From Octopus sinensis (lineage: Eukaryota): a DNA stretch of 64,000 nt. The translations under genes were made by a program, and so were the position numbers. Shown here piece by piece: positions 63,470 to 64,000 of this stretch (its first letter is position 1; the number at the start of each line of letters is the position of its first letter). The stretch covers positions 54,064,001-54,128,000 of the forward strand of contig NC_043013.1 in NCBI RefSeq assembly GCF_006345805.1. The letters are read 5' to 3'. The notes under the pieces are model-generated. The model was given only the letters and a program-made list of their open reading frames with translations. It was not told where the DNA came from and did not search any database.

Positions 63470-64000
63470 TCTTAGCAATTCCATGATTGTGGAATTTACT
63501 TATTCAGAGGTATTTAAGATTGGTTGCTCATGGGAATTCCTCTATGCTGATGACATTGTTTCTTAAAGCTGAAACTATAGTAGAACTAAGAATGGAATTC
63601 CAGGTGTGGAAGAAAAACCTGGAATTAAAGAGTATTGAAATTATCTTCACAAAGACCAAAGTTCTAGTTGGCAGGAAAACAGAAACCCTTTGGGTGAATG
63701 GCCTCATTCTATATGTAGAAAAAGTGTAGGTGAAAATTCCATACAGTGTACTCAGTGCAAACTATAAACCCATTGGCAGAGCAGTGGAATAAAAGGAAGA
63801 TTAACAGAGAAAGTAGGATTTGTTTGTGGCAGATGTGCAAGAGCAATAAAAAGGGCACATAGGAAATAAATGCTATGCAATGCTCAGAAGGGCTCCCAAG
63901 TTAGCATTGGAGAAAGATGTTCTGAAAGTATAATTGCTAAGAACTGGATGGAGAAAGCTGAGGGAACTTTTACCTCAGCTGGTAACAAAAGCCTTCTTCA
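63470..64000 (+). mobile_element. Decayed RTE-LINE RT fragment (same family as 2193-4663)
   Basis: Frameshifted LYADD (ctctatgctgatgacatt), KTKVLVGRK, then ICRKSVGENSIQCTQCKL*TH..FVCGRC finger. Confidence 0.8.

Noticed and set aside
63547-63582. CTGATGA...GAAAC-tata-GTA hammerhead-like string
   Set aside because: It is the coding sequence of the RT YADD motif (TAT GCT GAT GAC...GCT GAA ACT ATA GTA); stem II and stem I do not pair.

Overview
AT-rich eukaryotic (metazoan) DNA. The dense (TA)n/(TATG)n arrays and the SINE and RTE-LINE families suggest an octopus or other coleoid cephalopod genome; this is an inference. The whole window lies inside one minus-strand gene, a THSD7A/THSD7B-like thrombospondin type-1 repeat protein. 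Six internal coding exons (61914-61705, 46810-46616, 37156-36827, 22673-22486, 11589-11462, 232-79; 1205 nt) have GT-AG boundaries and splice together in frame across introns of 9.5-14.9 kb. The introns are filled with decayed mobile elements: RTE and CR1/L2-like LINE fragments, a CRE-type (RLE) retrotransposon remnant, a pogo-like DNA transposon with nested insertions, three non-autonomous Helitron copies, tRNA-derived SINEs, foldback elements and microsatellites. The most notable finding is a ~420-bp foldback at 830-1245 carrying two divergently oriented, apparently intact minimal type I hammerhead ribozymes of the Penelope-like/retrozyme type. One of them lies on the sense strand of the host pre-mRNA. 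A head-to-head pair of tRNA-headed SINE-like elements at 60170-60620 carries a further, degenerate hammerhead core. A candidate 42-nt in-frame cassette exon lies at 50374-50415. Most ORF-track entries are microsatellite or antisense artefacts. No database searches were run; family names rest on recalled motifs.
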